A stretch of DNA of 64,000 bases, from positions 2,944,001 through 3,008,000 of the forward strand of contig OZ242358.1 of the NCBI GenBank assembly GCA_965208835.1, given 5' to 3'. This document shows, one piece after another, positions 10,765-20,834 of the stretch (its first letter is position 1; every line of letters starts with the position of its first letter). Source of the DNA: Candidatus Latescibacterota bacterium. Lineage in GTDB: Bacteria > Latescibacterota > UBA2968 > GCA-2709665. A program made the translations under genes and the position numbers. The notes under the pieces were generated by a model. The model was not told the DNA's origin and ran no database searches. It saw only the letters and a list, made by a program, of their open reading frames with translations.

Positions 10765-12228
10765 ATGGTGGCAGTTTCCGGGAAGCCACTGAACGAACGG
10801 CCCGCCCACGAACTGACGGCGTCGATTCTGTCGGGCAAGATCACGTCCAGACAGCTTGTCGAGGCCGTTTTTCATTGCATACGAACGACGAACCCCGCGC
10901 TCAACACCTACATCACCCTGAACGAAACCGAAGCAATCCGCAAAGCCGAGGAGATAGACGCCAGAGTATCGGCCGGAGACCCCGTGGGTCCGTTGGCGGG
11001 TATCCCGGTTGCCCTCAAAGACCTGCTCTGCACCCGGGGTCTTCTCACCACCGCCGGCTCCCGCATCCTCGCGAACTTCATTCCGCCCTACGACGCGACC
11101 GCCGTCGCACGCCTTCGCAAGGCAGATGCGGTTATCATTGGCAAACTCAACATGGACGAGTTTGCCATGGGTTCCTCCAATGAAAACTCGGCGTACGGGC
11201 CAGTGCGCAATCCCCACGACCCGACGCGCGTTCCTGGCGGTTCCAGCGGCGCCAGCGCCGCCAGCGTGGCCGCAAATCAGACCGTGCTCGCCCTGGGCAC
11301 GGACACGGGCGGGTCGATTCGTCTGCCCGCCTCGTTCTGCGGCGCTGTCGGCCTTAAGCCCACCTACGGTCGCGTTTCCCGTTACGGCCTCGTCGCCTAC
11401 GCGTCGTCGCTGGACCAGATCGGTCCCGTGGCCCGAAACGTTAGGGATGCCGCCCTCCTGCTGAACGTCATCGCCGGACACGACCCGCGAGATTCCACGT
11501 CCGTGGATTTACCGGTACCGGACTACACGGCAGGACTTGAAACGGGTGTCGCCGGCCTGACCATCGGGCTTCCGGCGGGATATTTCGGGCAAGGCCTGGA
11601 CAACGAAGTGAGAGCGGCGATCATCGAAGGCGTTGGCGTCCTGAGAGAAGCCGGGGCGGAAATCCGCGAGGTCGACCTCCCCGTAGCCTGCCATCCGGCC
11701 TACTCGGTAGCCGCCTACTACATCATCGCCACCGGGGAGGCATCCTCGAATCTCTCCCGGTACGACGGCATCAAGTACGGAAGTCGAGTTGAAGGCGACG
11801 ATCTGATCGACATGTACTGCCGGACACGCAGCACCGGGTTCGGAGAGGAGGTCAAGCGCCGTATCATGCTCGGCACCTACGCCCTCAGCGCAGGCTATTA
11901 CGATGCTTATTACCTGAAAGCCCAGAAGGTACGTACACTCATCAAGCGCGATTTCGAAGGCGCTTTCGAGTCCTGTGACCTTCTCGCCGCGCCGGTGTCG
12001 CCGACACCCGCCTTCCGCATCGGCGAAAAGACCAGAGATCCACTCCAGATGTACCTCTCCGACATCTACACGGTCTCGGTTAACCTGGCCGGCATCCCTG
12101 GAGTCTCCGTCCCATGCGGCGTTTCAGCGGATGGCCTGCCCATTGGACTGCAACTGCTCGGGCCTGCCTTCAACGAAGACCGCCTGCTCAGAGCCGCTTA
12201 CGTGGTCGAACAGGAGTTGACCCGATGA
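10765..12228 (+). CDS. gatA: Asp/Glu-tRNA amidotransferase subunit A
   Basis: Amidase signature [16 protein letters not shown]; SSNLSRYDG; [22 protein letters not shown]. Confidence 0.97.
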   Translation: MVAVSGKPLNERPAHELTASILSGKITSRQLVEAVFHCIRTTNPALNTYITLNETEAIRKAEEIDARVSAGDPVGPLAGIPVALKDLLCTRGLLTTAGSRILANFIPPYDATAVARLRKADAVIIGKLNMDEFAMGSSNENSAYGPVRNPHDPTRVPGGSSGASAASVAANQTVLALGTDTGGSIRLPASFCGAVGLKPTYGRVSRYGLVAYASSLDQIGPVARNVRDAALLLNVIAGHDPRDSTSVDLPVPDYTAGLETGVAGLTIGLPAGYFGQGLDNEVRAAIIEGVGVLREAGAEIREVDLPVACHPAYSVAAYYIIATGEASSNLSRYDGIKYGSRVEGDDLIDMYCRTRSTGFGEEVKRRIMLGTYALSAGYYDAYYLKAQKVRTLIKRDFEGAFESCDLLAAPVSPTPAFRIGEKTRDPLQMYLSDIYTVSVNLAGIPGVSVPCGVSADGLPIGLQLLGPAFNEDRLLRAAYVVEQELTR

Positions 12229-13691
12229 AGTACGAGCCTGTCATCGGTCTGGAGGTCCACGCCCAGCTCGCCACGCGTACCAAGATATTCTGCGGCTGCA
12301 GCGTATCCTTCGGAGACGAAGCCAATTCGCGCACCTGTCCGGTCTGCCTGGGTTTGCCCGGCGCCCTCCCCGTGCTCAACCGGGAGGCGGTAGAGCACGC
12401 CATACGCATTGCCCTGGCGGTTGGCTGCACCGTCCAGGAACGAAGCCGCTTCCTGAGAAAGAACTACTTCTACCCCGATCTGCCAAAGGGGTATCAGATT
12501 TCCCAGTTTCAGTCCAACGAAGAAATGCCCCTGGCCACCGGAGGAAGTATCGACATCCCCTCCGGTAACGGCACCAAGACCGTGCGCCTCATTCGGATCC
12601 ACATGGAGGAAGACGCGGGCAAGAGCATCCACGACGAGGCTTTTGTGCCCGCCGGCGAATCCATGGTGGACGTCAACCGCTGCGGGGTACCCCTCATTGA
12701 ACTCGTCACCGAGCCCGACATCGCTTCGCCGAACGAAGCTTACCACTTCATGTCCCGGCTGCGCCAACTACTGACCTATACAGGGGTCTCGGAAGGGGAC
12801 ATGGAAAAGGGCCACATCCGCATCGACGCCAACGTGTCGATCCGGCCGGTCGGCGCGAGCGGACTCGGCACCAAGGTCGAGATCAAGAACATGAACTCGA
12901 TACGCAACTGCCGGCGGGCCCTCGAACTCGAAATCATGCGGCAGATCGACTCGTCCGAAACAGGGGGCGAAATCATTCAGCAGACGCTGTTGTTCGATCC
13001 GGACCGCAGCCGTCTGCGCCCGATGCGCGGCAAGGAGTCTTCCGATGACTACCGCTATTTCCCCGAGCCGGACCTGGTTCCGGTCGTCGTCGACCCGGTG
13101 TGGGTCAACCGGGTGCGCGCTACCGTACCCGAATTGCCCCACGCTAGACGCGCCCGTTTCGCATCTGCCTATGGCCTGCGGGCGGACCAGATCGACACCC
13201 TGATCGCGGACCGGAAAGTGGCCGACTATTATGAAGCAGCCGTATCCGCCGGCGCCGAGCCTGCAGCCACCGCAAATTGGGTGCAGGGCGACGTCCTCCG
13301 CACGCTCAACGAGCGCAAGATCGACATAGCGGAACTCAAGGCCACCCCGGAAGGCCTCGCGGCGCTGCTCGAAATGATCGGGGCCGGCACCATCAGTGCG
13401 AACATCGCCAGGGACGTTTTCGCAAAGATGGCTGAAACCGGCGCGTCGCCCGAAGCGGTCGTCGAACGGCAGGGACTCGCGCAGATCAGTGACGCGTCTC
13501 ATGTCGAGGGACTTGTCGACAAGGTGATCGCGGAACACACCGACGTCGTCGACAGATACAGAAGAGGAGACAGAAAGCTGCTGGGTTTCTTCATGGGACA
13601 GATCATGAAGGCCACGAGAGGTCAGGCGAATCCCAAAGTGGCCAACCAGCTGTTGCGACAGAAGCTGGAGGATGGGACCGCCCATGCCTGA
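12225..13691 (+). CDS. gatB: Asp/Glu-tRNA amidotransferase subunit B
   Basis: [46 protein letters not shown]-terminal Yqey domain; start overlaps the gatA stop. Confidence 0.97.
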   Translation: MKYEPVIGLEVHAQLATRTKIFCGCSVSFGDEANSRTCPVCLGLPGALPVLNREAVEHAIRIALAVGCTVQERSRFLRKNYFYPDLPKGYQISQFQSNEEMPLATGGSIDIPSGNGTKTVRLIRIHMEEDAGKSIHDEAFVPAGESMVDVNRCGVPLIELVTEPDIASPNEAYHFMSRLRQLLTYTGVSEGDMEKGHIRIDANVSIRPVGASGLGTKVEIKNMNSIRNCRRALELEIMRQIDSSETGGEIIQQTLLFDPDRSRLRPMRGKESSDDYRYFPEPDLVPVVVDPVWVNRVRATVPELPHARRARFASAYGLRADQIDTLIADRKVADYYEAAVSAGAEPAATANWVQGDVLRTLNERKIDIAELKATPEGLAALLEMIGAGTISANIARDVFAKMAETGASPEAVVERQGLAQISDASHVEGLVDKVIAEHTDVVDRYRRGDRKLLGFFMGQIMKATRGQANPKVANQLLRQKLEDGTAHA

Positions 13692-13769
13692 ACCCGCCTG
13701 CGTTCAATGCGGCGCCGGCCTCGAGCCGCGTTTCCATAACGCCCGACAATCCGATCAGACCGCGCAGCC

Positions 13770-14450
13770 GTGACCACCTCTCTCGTTATCTTTGCCAGGA
13801 GCCCCGTACCCGGCGAGGTCAAGACCCGCCTGCTTCCCCGGTACACACCGGCCCAGGCCGCGGCAATCTACCGCGCGTTCATCCTGGACACCGTGAACTC
13901 CGCAAGAAATGCCACCGTTGACCGGCGCTTCGTGGCCTGCGACCCGCCCGGGTCCGAAGCCGAACTATCCGATCTGGCCGGACCTGGCTGGGACCCTTTC
14001 CCGCAGGTTTCCGCCGACCTTGGCGAACGTATGTACCGGGCTGCCCGCCACTGTTTCGAGCTTGGCGCCGGTCGCGTCGTGATCGTGGGAACCGACGTGC
14101 CTTCACTGCCTCCCCGCCGAATCGATCGCGCATTCGAACTCCTGGCAGAAAACGAGATCGTGCTCGGTCCCAGTGTGGACGGCGGGTATTATCTGGTTGG
14201 CCTCTCAACGCCGATCCGGGAAATCTTCCGTGACATTGCCTGGAGCACGGAACACGTGTTCGCTCAAACGCTGGAACGGGCCCGGGCCTTTCGTCTCACC
14301 GCTGGCATCCTGCCGTCCTGGTACGACGTGGATACCCCGGAGCAGTTGGACCATCTCGTCGAAGACGCACGCGCGCATCTCAGGTCTGGGCACGCGGATC
14401 CCATTCCCCACACGCGCGCCTGCCTCTCAACCCTGAACTGTCTCGACTGA
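13770..14450 (+). CDS. DUF2064 / TIGR04282-family nucleotidyltransferase-fold protein
   Basis: FARxPxPGxVKTRL, DLGERM, GTDxP, LGPSVDGGYYLVG, WYDVDT. Confidence 0.85.
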   Translation: MTTSLVIFARSPVPGEVKTRLLPRYTPAQAAAIYRAFILDTVNSARNATVDRRFVACDPPGSEAELSDLAGPGWDPFPQVSADLGERMYRAARHCFELGAGRVVIVGTDVPSLPPRRIDRAFELLAENEIVLGPSVDGGYYLVGLSTPIREIFRDIAWSTEHVFAQTLERARAFRLTAGILPSWYDVDTPEQLDHLVEDARAHLRSGHADPIPHTRACLSTLNCLD

Positions 14451-14480
14451 AGAGAAGGAAGCAGAGGGCAAGGAACCCGG

Positions 14481-15623
14481 ATGAAAATCGATCGCATCGA
14501 ACAGTTTTTTCCAAGGCGGCGCACCCGCCTTTTGAAAATCACAACCGATAACGGCTTCGTGGGCTGGGGCGAAACCACACTGGAAGGCAGGCCGGGAAGC
14601 ACCGCGGCCGCCATCGAGGAACTGGCAGCCTATCTTTGCGGCAAAGACCCCCTCCGAATCCAGCACCACTGGCAGCATATCTACCGTTCCGCGTTCTATC
14701 GGGGAGGCGCCGTCCTCATGACCGCCCTGTCGGGTGTCGACCAGGCGCTCTGGGACATCGCGGGCAAATTCCACGGTGCACCGGTGTACCGGCTGCTTGG
14801 CGGTCCGGTCCGGGACCGGATTCGGGTCTACGCGCACTGGGGAATCCACGGACTTTCAGAAGAGGAACAGGCCGCTTCAAAACAACGCCTGGACATGCTC
14901 CGGAAAGCCGGAGGCTACAAGGCATTCAAGTCCGGGCCCGGAGGAACGTGGCGGGCGCATGAACCCCCGGCCGTCATCGATGAGTTTGTGCGCCGGGCGT
15001 ACCTGATGCGGGAGTGGGTCGGGCCCGACGTGGAGCTCTGTTTCGACTTCCACGGTAAAATGACGCCCGCACTGGCGATTGAAATCTGCCACGAACTCAA
15101 GGGCATGCGCCCGATGTTCGTGGAAGAACCCGTTCCACAGGAGAACGTGGATGCTCTGAAGCGCGTCTCCGACCGGGTCCCCTTTCCCATCGCCACCGGA
15201 GAGCGGCTGCTCAGCAGATGGGAATTCCGGAGGATCTTCGAGAACCAGGCGGCGGCTTATATCCAGCCGGACGTTTCGCACGCCGGAGGCATTTCCGAAA
15301 CCCTCAGGATCGCAAACATGGCCGAAGTCTACTATATGCACATCATGCCCCATTGCGCCATCGGACCCGTCGCATTCACGTCATGCCTGCACGTCGACGC
15401 CGCCGCGCCCAATTTTCTGATTCAGGAGCAGGTCGACTCGTGCCTCGGAGAAGGACTGTTGAAGAACCCCTGGCGGGTAGAGAACGGACACATTCTGCTG
15501 CCCGTCGAACCCGGACTGGGCATTGAGCCCGATGAGCGCGAAGTCCGGAAAAAATGCGCGTACGCAGAGGAACTCGGCGGCGAAACCACCTACGAGTCCG
15601 ACGGGAGCGTGGCTGACTGGTAG
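14481..15623 (+). CDS. Enolase-superfamily acid-sugar dehydratase, galactonate dehydratase-like
   Basis: GWGExTLEG, YRGGAVLMTALSGVDQALWDI, DFHG, FVEEP, ATGERL, QPDVSHAGGI. Confidence 0.88.
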   Translation: MKIDRIEQFFPRRRTRLLKITTDNGFVGWGETTLEGRPGSTAAAIEELAAYLCGKDPLRIQHHWQHIYRSAFYRGGAVLMTALSGVDQALWDIAGKFHGAPVYRLLGGPVRDRIRVYAHWGIHGLSEEEQAASKQRLDMLRKAGGYKAFKSGPGGTWRAHEPPAVIDEFVRRAYLMREWVGPDVELCFDFHGKMTPALAIEICHELKGMRPMFVEEPVPQENVDALKRVSDRVPFPIATGERLLSRWEFRRIFENQAAAYIQPDVSHAGGISETLRIANMAEVYYMHIMPHCAIGPVAFTSCLHVDAAAPNFLIQEQVDSCLGEGLLKNPWRVENGHILLPVEPGLGIEPDEREVRKKCAYAEELGGETTYESDGSVADW

Positions 15624-15676
15624 TCGACGCCGGTCTTGTCGGCGACCGTGTGGGCGATTGCCGCGAACACATCCAA

Positions 15677-16951
15677 TTAACGCCAGTGTCGCCGAATCGG
15701 TACGGGCGTCAACGTCGTCTCCCAGTAGTCATCCGGCAGGTCGTGCCACGACGCGACGGTCCTGGCGTCGCTGTCCCATACCACTTCACCCTTGCGGATC
15801 GTCAGTTTGCACGCCAGGCGCTCACTTCCGTCCATCCGCCCCCAGCCGCAGTCCCGGAAGGAAAACGCACCCCTGAGGTGGGCGAACACCGCGACGTCGG
15901 CCTCGGCGCCGACACCCAGCGTGCCCAGGTCCGGCCGTCGAATCGCCCGGGCAGGCGCCTCCGTCGACCTGTAGACGACCTCCCGCAGGGGCATTCCCAT
16001 CAGAAGGCACTTGGACATCGTGTCGGTCATGCTGACCACGGACCCGCGGATGTTTCCGGTGTGCAGGTCCGTGCTGATCGAGTCCGGCGGAAACCCGTCC
16101 GCGATGGCGCGCACGCCGTTGCGGTACCAGAAACTTGCCGCGCCGTGTCCCAGATCGAACCAGACACCACGTTCTCTGGCCTTAAACATGTAGTCCCGCA
16201 CCCTTCCTTCCGCGTCGACGACGGGAAACTGCCGGGCGAAGACGTGGGTGTGGATGTCGCCCTTACGCAGCTTCCGGAGAATCAGCTCCGGGTAGGACCG
16301 CTCCGGCGGCCGGGGCCAGAAGTCGACCATCACCGGCATCCCGCACAGGTCGCCGGCCGCCACCGCCGCATCGACGGATGCCCACGGAGGGTGGTCGGCG
16401 TCAAACGGCCCTCGCGGCCAGTAGTGGGCCGTCTTGATGCCGACGACCACATCCCTGTTGTCCATCGCGGCTGTGGCGGCGCCTGCGGCGTCGAACGTGC
16501 GGATATCCTGCTCCGAATTTCCCATTCCCGGCGCCGAGATGTTGACAAACGCCAATATCCGGCAGATCTTCTTCTCCATCACGGTCTGTCTGAAATGCGA
16601 GATTTCCTCACATCCTGACGTCCCGGTATCCACGCAGGTCGTCACCCCGTCGCTGAGAAAATGCGCGTCCGCATCCAGGCTGGCCGTGAATTTCCCGGAT
16701 CCCGGATCCAGCCGGTTGTCGTACGCATGGACGTGAATGTCCACCAGCCCCGGCGTGACCAGCAGGCCCGATACGTCGATGACGTGCTCCGCCCGTTCTC
16801 CGGCGATTTCTTCCGAGACCTCGGCGATCCGGCCATCTCGGATACCGACGTCACGAATGCCTTCGACGTCATTGGCGGGATCGATGACGCGACCGGCCTT
16901 CAGCAGCAGATCCAACCGAACATCCTCCGCTAGACTCTTCATTGAACTCAT
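15677..16951 (-). CDS. Amidohydrolase / deacetylase-family metallohydrolase (dihydroorotase-like)
   Basis: PGLVDIHVH, GVTTCVDTG, GDIHTH, DLGHG, ISTDLH; start uncertain (16951 or 16942). Confidence 0.88.
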   Translation of the reverse strand: MSSMKSLAEDVRLDLLLKAGRVIDPANDVEGIRDVGIRDGRIAEVSEEIAGERAEHVIDVSGLLVTPGLVDIHVHAYDNRLDPGSGKFTASLDADAHFLSDGVTTCVDTGTSGCEEISHFRQTVMEKKICRILAFVNISAPGMGNSEQDIRTFDAAGAATAAMDNRDVVVGIKTAHYWPRGPFDADHPPWASVDAAVAAGDLCGMPVMVDFWPRPPERSYPELILRKLRKGDIHTHVFARQFPVVDAEGRVRDYMFKARERGVWFDLGHGAASFWYRNGVRAIADGFPPDSISTDLHTGNIRGSVVSMTDTMSKCLLMGMPLREVVYRSTEAPARAIRRPDLGTLGVGAEADVAVFAHLRGAFSFRDCGWGRMDGSERLACKLTIRKGEVVWDSDARTVASWHDLPDDYWETTLTPVPIRRHWR

Positions 16952-17139
16952 GCTCCCTTCTGTAGATTGTCGCCAACAGCCCGCTCTCCCGTGGCTGACG
17001 GGTTCCGGACGGCCCGGTTCGCGACGCGACACTGGATGGCGATCCGGCCGACCGCGCCCCTGGCAACCAGGCCCATGCTCAGGTTCTGACGGAATGTCCG
17101 GATATATATAACTCCTGCGTTGATCAGACCACTAGAATT

Positions 17140-17167
17140 TTGAAATTGACCCGCCGCATGTTATATT
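17140..17167 (+). promoter_or_regulatory. Putative sigma70 promoter with extended -10
   Basis: TTGAAA-N16-TATATT preceded by TG. Confidence 0.5.
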
Positions 17168-17179
17168 GTAGACCCCTAA

Positions 17180-17339
17180 CAGTCCGTTGATAAAGTCGCT
17201 CTGCAGGCGAGGCCGAGCCATTGTGGCCGAAGACAAGGCGCGCAACCGAGTCCCATCCTGCGATTCGGCGAGGGCGCGCAACGCAGTATTTCGGTCGCAA
17301 GGGCCGGCCGTAGCCCAGATGGGCTTTTTCAACGGGCTG
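17180..17339. mobile_element. MITE (160 bp) with IS5-like ends and CTAA target duplication
   Basis: CAGTCCGTTGATAAAG / CTTTTTCAACGGGCTG (14/16 inverted); CTAA at 17176-17179 and 17340-17343. Confidence 0.75.
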
Positions 17340-17430
17340 CTAAGCCGTCGTTCCCGCATACCCCGGCGCAACCGTCGGCCGGTACGGCAGAATGCGGGAT
17401 TCGACGCCACAAATCTGCCCTGGAGGATCC

Positions 17431-17973
17431 ATGCGGCGGAGAAGACCCGGACTCAACAAACATCAGAAACGCGCCTTCAGAGTCGGTGAAGCGCGCGTCA
17501 GCGGCGAGACCATCACGGGCCTTATAGAACGTTCCCGCAGCAAAGACCCGGAAGAACGAAGGGCCGCCGCGGATCTACTGTGTCCGTGTCACGTCCGCCG
17601 ACGCCGGGAGGACGTCTGGTCCGCGCTCTACCAGCTGCTGGAAGACCCCCACCCGGGTGTACGAAGGGCCGCATGGCACACGCTGGAAGACGGCGGAAGA
17701 CCCGACGACCCCGCTCTGGACGTCATCTTCGAGCGCGCGGCCGAACACGATTCCGACAAAGGGATACGGCGTCAGGCCGCGGCCTATCTGAAGAGCCGCG
17801 GAGGACAGGCCGGATTCGCGCAGGCCGCGCATGCGAGGAACCGTTACCCCGACCGCGGCAAATGCGACTTCTGCGGTTCAACGGAGGTACCCGTAAAGTC
17901 CGACTTTGAAATCGAAATCCCTGACGACGGGCGGATGCGCTTCGGTCTCGTCTGCGAAGCCTGCTCGAGTTGA
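17431..17973 (+). CDS. HEAT-repeat protein with CPCH motif and C-terminal CxxC..CxxC
   Basis: DPEERRAAA / DPHPGVRRAAW / DKGIRRQAA HEAT-like units; CDFC and CEAC pairs. Confidence 0.7.
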   Translation: MRRRRPGLNKHQKRAFRVGEARVSGETITGLIERSRSKDPEERRAAADLLCPCHVRRRREDVWSALYQLLEDPHPGVRRAAWHTLEDGGRPDDPALDVIFERAAEHDSDKGIRRQAAAYLKSRGGQAGFAQAAHARNRYPDRGKCDFCGSTEVPVKSDFEIEIPDDGRMRFGLVCEACSS

Positions 17974-18002
17974 GCCCGGCGTCCGAAACGATGGGGGGAA
18001 CC

Positions 18003-18794
18003 ATGCAGATCATTGTCCACAGCCAGGACGAACTCAAGAAAAGCTGGAACGGCCTTCAGAACTTTCTGATCGACCCGGAGTACTTTCGTTTCGACATGGC
18101 GTTTCCTTCCGCGGAAGAAATCGTGGACATCCTTCGAAAGGATAGCCAGGCGCGAATCAACATTCCCGGCGAACTTTCGGAAGAAGAAAAAAAGGAAAGG
18201 GCTGAGGAATTCAAAACGCTTCCCATCGCCGACGTCATCGACCGTCCCTTCTCGCTCGCCCACTTTCACCTGCAGAACTTCTACGGCGAGGGTCAGTTTC
18301 TGCGCGAATTTCAGAACAAGGTCATGATTCCGTGGCGCACCTTTCTGGCGTCGAACGGCTTTACGTGGCAACGCTGTTATCCCATTATTTTTATTTCCGG
18401 AAAGAACTGCAGTTCGTCATACCACATGGATACATCGCACGTCGTGGCCTGGCAGATCTGGGGTGTAAAATACTTCAATGCATTCAAGGATCCCTACAAA
18501 TACGCACCCCTGTACGACGCCGTCAACAACCGCGAGGCGCTCAGAGGGCGGAACGGCCCGCCAGATCACGATCCCGACGACATGCTTTCGTACAAGATGG
18601 AAAAGGGTGATTTGCTCTGGAATCAGTTGCTCACGCCCCACTGGGTGCCGGCGGGTGACAGCGTTGCCGTGAGCGTCAATATCTCTCACGGCGGCATCGC
18701 GTACGGCGGACAGTTCAGCCCGAATGAGACGGCACTGAGAGAACGCTGGAAATCCCATCCCAAAGAAGCATGGCTTGTGGATACCCGCTACTGA
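18003..18794 (+). CDS. JmjC/cupin-like 2OG-Fe(II) domain protein
   Basis: HMD...WQIWGVKYF and GDLLW...PHWV give an HxD...H triad. Confidence 0.7.
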   Translation: MQIIVHSQDELKKSWNGLQNFLIDPEYFRFDMAFPSAEEIVDILRKDSQARINIPGELSEEEKKERAEEFKTLPIADVIDRPFSLAHFHLQNFYGEGQFLREFQNKVMIPWRTFLASNGFTWQRCYPIIFISGKNCSSSYHMDTSHVVAWQIWGVKYFNAFKDPYKYAPLYDAVNNREALRGRNGPPDHDPDDMLSYKMEKGDLLWNQLLTPHWVPAGDSVAVSVNISHGGIAYGGQFSPNETALRERWKSHPKEAWLVDTRY

Positions 18795-18934
18795 CCAAGC
18801 GCGCGAATAACGTCCCCCGTCGGGTATAGCGCAAACCACGGAACAGCCGTGCGCGACCCTTGCGCGGCGTTCAGCCGCGGTGTGGGACGGACAACGCCGA
18901 CAAAAGGATATAAACGCTTCATTGTCAATTGCCT

Positions 18935-19765
18935 ATGGCAAACGTAAAACAAGACGCGCATCCGTTTTCTGAATTGCGTCTGCGTCTCCGGCGTATCATG
19001 TTCGAATCGGAAACGCCCGCAGGGCGCAGGTTCGCCCTCGTTCTCATTTTCACCATCATACTGAGTGTTCTGACCGTGATGCTGGACAGCGTCGACGCCG
19101 TCCGGAACGACCACGGTGACCTTCTCGACGTCCTTGAGTGGTTCTTTACGTTAATATTTACAATCGAATATTTCTTGCGGCTCGTCTGCTCCGCCCGTCC
19201 TTTACGATACGCGACGTCCTTCTTCGGCATTGTTGACCTGTTTGCCATCATTCCCACCTATATCAGCCTGCTCCTGCCCGGCAGTCAATATCTCGTGGTC
19301 ATTCGTATACTACGTGTCCTGCGCGTCTTTCGCGTACTCAAACTCGTGCAGTACCTGGACGCGGCCCGGATGATGGTCCGTGCAATACGGTCCAGTTACC
19401 GAAAAGTTGCCATATTCGCAGTAACCGTGATGACGGCAGTCGTAATCCTTGGCTCATTGATGTACGTGATCGAAACACCCGAAAACGGGTTTACGAGTAT
19501 TCCCCGCAGCATCTACTGGGCCATCGTGACGATCACCACCGTTGGATACGGTGATATTTCTCCCAAGACCGCGCCCGGCCAGATGCTTGCGACAATCGTG
19601 ATGTTGCTGGGGTACAGCATCATCGCCGTGCCTTCAGGCATCCTGTCGGTTGAAATCTCACAGGCCATGAGAATCCGGGGCGCCGCCCGGACCTGTTCGG
19701 GGTGCAACGCGGAGGCCCGGGATCCCGATGCGAGTTATTGTCAATACTGTGGTACGGAATTATAG
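18935..19765 (+). CDS. 6-TM voltage-gated potassium channel / ion transporter
   Basis: S4 RILRVLRVFRVLK, pore TTVGYGD, C-terminal CxxC..CxxC. Confidence 0.93.
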   Translation: MANVKQDAHPFSELRLRLRRIMFESETPAGRRFALVLIFTIILSVLTVMLDSVDAVRNDHGDLLDVLEWFFTLIFTIEYFLRLVCSARPLRYATSFFGIVDLFAIIPTYISLLLPGSQYLVVIRILRVLRVFRVLKLVQYLDAARMMVRAIRSSYRKVAIFAVTVMTAVVILGSLMYVIETPENGFTSIPRSIYWAIVTITTVGYGDISPKTAPGQMLATIVMLLGYSIIAVPSGILSVEISQAMRIRGAARTCSGCNAEARDPDASYCQYCGTEL

Positions 19766-20738
19766 GCCAGTGGCTGTACTGCTTGCGGTGGCGCTGGCAA
19801 TCGTCTGGTTTCGGCCGGCGTCAGGGACTCCGGAACAGCGGGCCGCCGATCTTTGCATCCGCGCCGAGACCGCGCTGAAACACGGAGACGACGAGAGCGC
19901 GATGACGGCGTTCCGGGAATCCATCGCCATCCACTCGCCCTCCGTGCGTGCCCGGTACGGTCTTGCAGATCTCCTGGCCGCACGTGGACGATTCGACGAA
20001 GCGAAGACGACCCTCGAGGCGATTTCGCCTTATGTGACGAATCCCCGGGAGTGGATAAGATACGCGCGCGCCCTTCGCAACGCACGGTCGGATCGGGAGG
20101 CCGAGGCCGCCTATTTGAGAGCCGTCGAGGGGATGCCGGACAACCCCGCGCACGCCCTGGAGCTGGCCGAATACTATCTCGCGGCCGGAAACCTGGACAA
20201 TGCGGAGACCCATCTCCGGCGCGCCCGGACCTTCGGCGCCGGCCACGCCCGGATTTTCGCAGGACTCGGTCGCGTTCACTTCAGGCGCGGCGAACTCGAC
20301 TCGGCCGCGGCCTGCTTTCGGCGGGCGCTTGAGAAATCCCCGGGAGAAGTCGATTTGCTCTGCGACATCGCCGGTACCGAACTCCGGAGGAAACGACCAC
20401 GCCCTGCACTGTCACATATACGGCGGGCGGTCGAACTGAATCCTCATCATCCTCGCGCTCGGTATGTGATGGGTCAGACCCTGCTCGCCCTCGGACATGA
20501 CGAGGAAGCCGAGGCGCAACTGGCTGTTTTCGAACGCCAGAGCATGCTGGCCGCGCGCATTCGCTATCTGGAACGCAACGCCGCGGAGAACCCGACGGCT
20601 CAACGCTATCAGACCTTGTCGCACTACTATATGCTGTCGGGGCGGGACAGCCTGGCAGCGGCGTGTCAGCAAAGGGCGACGGCGCTCAACCCGCTCGTTA
20701 CTGCGCCCACGGAAGCCATTGGACCCGACCCCTTCTGA
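19728..20738 (+). CDS. Exported tetratricopeptide-repeat protein
   Basis: N-terminal hydrophobic segment; multiple TPRs (e.g. AVELNPHHPRARYVMG); start uncertain. Confidence 0.8.
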   Translation: MRVIVNTVVRNYRPVAVLLAVALAIVWFRPASGTPEQRAADLCIRAETALKHGDDESAMTAFRESIAIHSPSVRARYGLADLLAARGRFDEAKTTLEAISPYVTNPREWIRYARALRNARSDREAEAAYLRAVEGMPDNPAHALELAEYYLAAGNLDNAETHLRRARTFGAGHARIFAGLGRVHFRRGELDSAAACFRRALEKSPGEVDLLCDIAGTELRRKRPRPALSHIRRAVELNPHHPRARYVMGQTLLALGHDEEAEAQLAVFERQSMLAARIRYLERNAAENPTAQRYQTLSHYYMLSGRDSLAAACQQRATALNPLVTAPTEAIGPDPF

Positions 20739-20834
20739 GATGTCCGTCCCCGGGTTTGTTACGGCTGGAGAGTGAGGACGTCTTCCGTGCCGGATGTCGG
20801 GCCCGCACAAGGTCGTTTCAGGAAACGGCAACCC

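Noticed and set aside
13770-14450. Arsenosugar biosynthesis cluster
   Set aside because: Only the DUF2064-type gene is present; no radical-SAM ArsS or partner glycosyltransferase in the window
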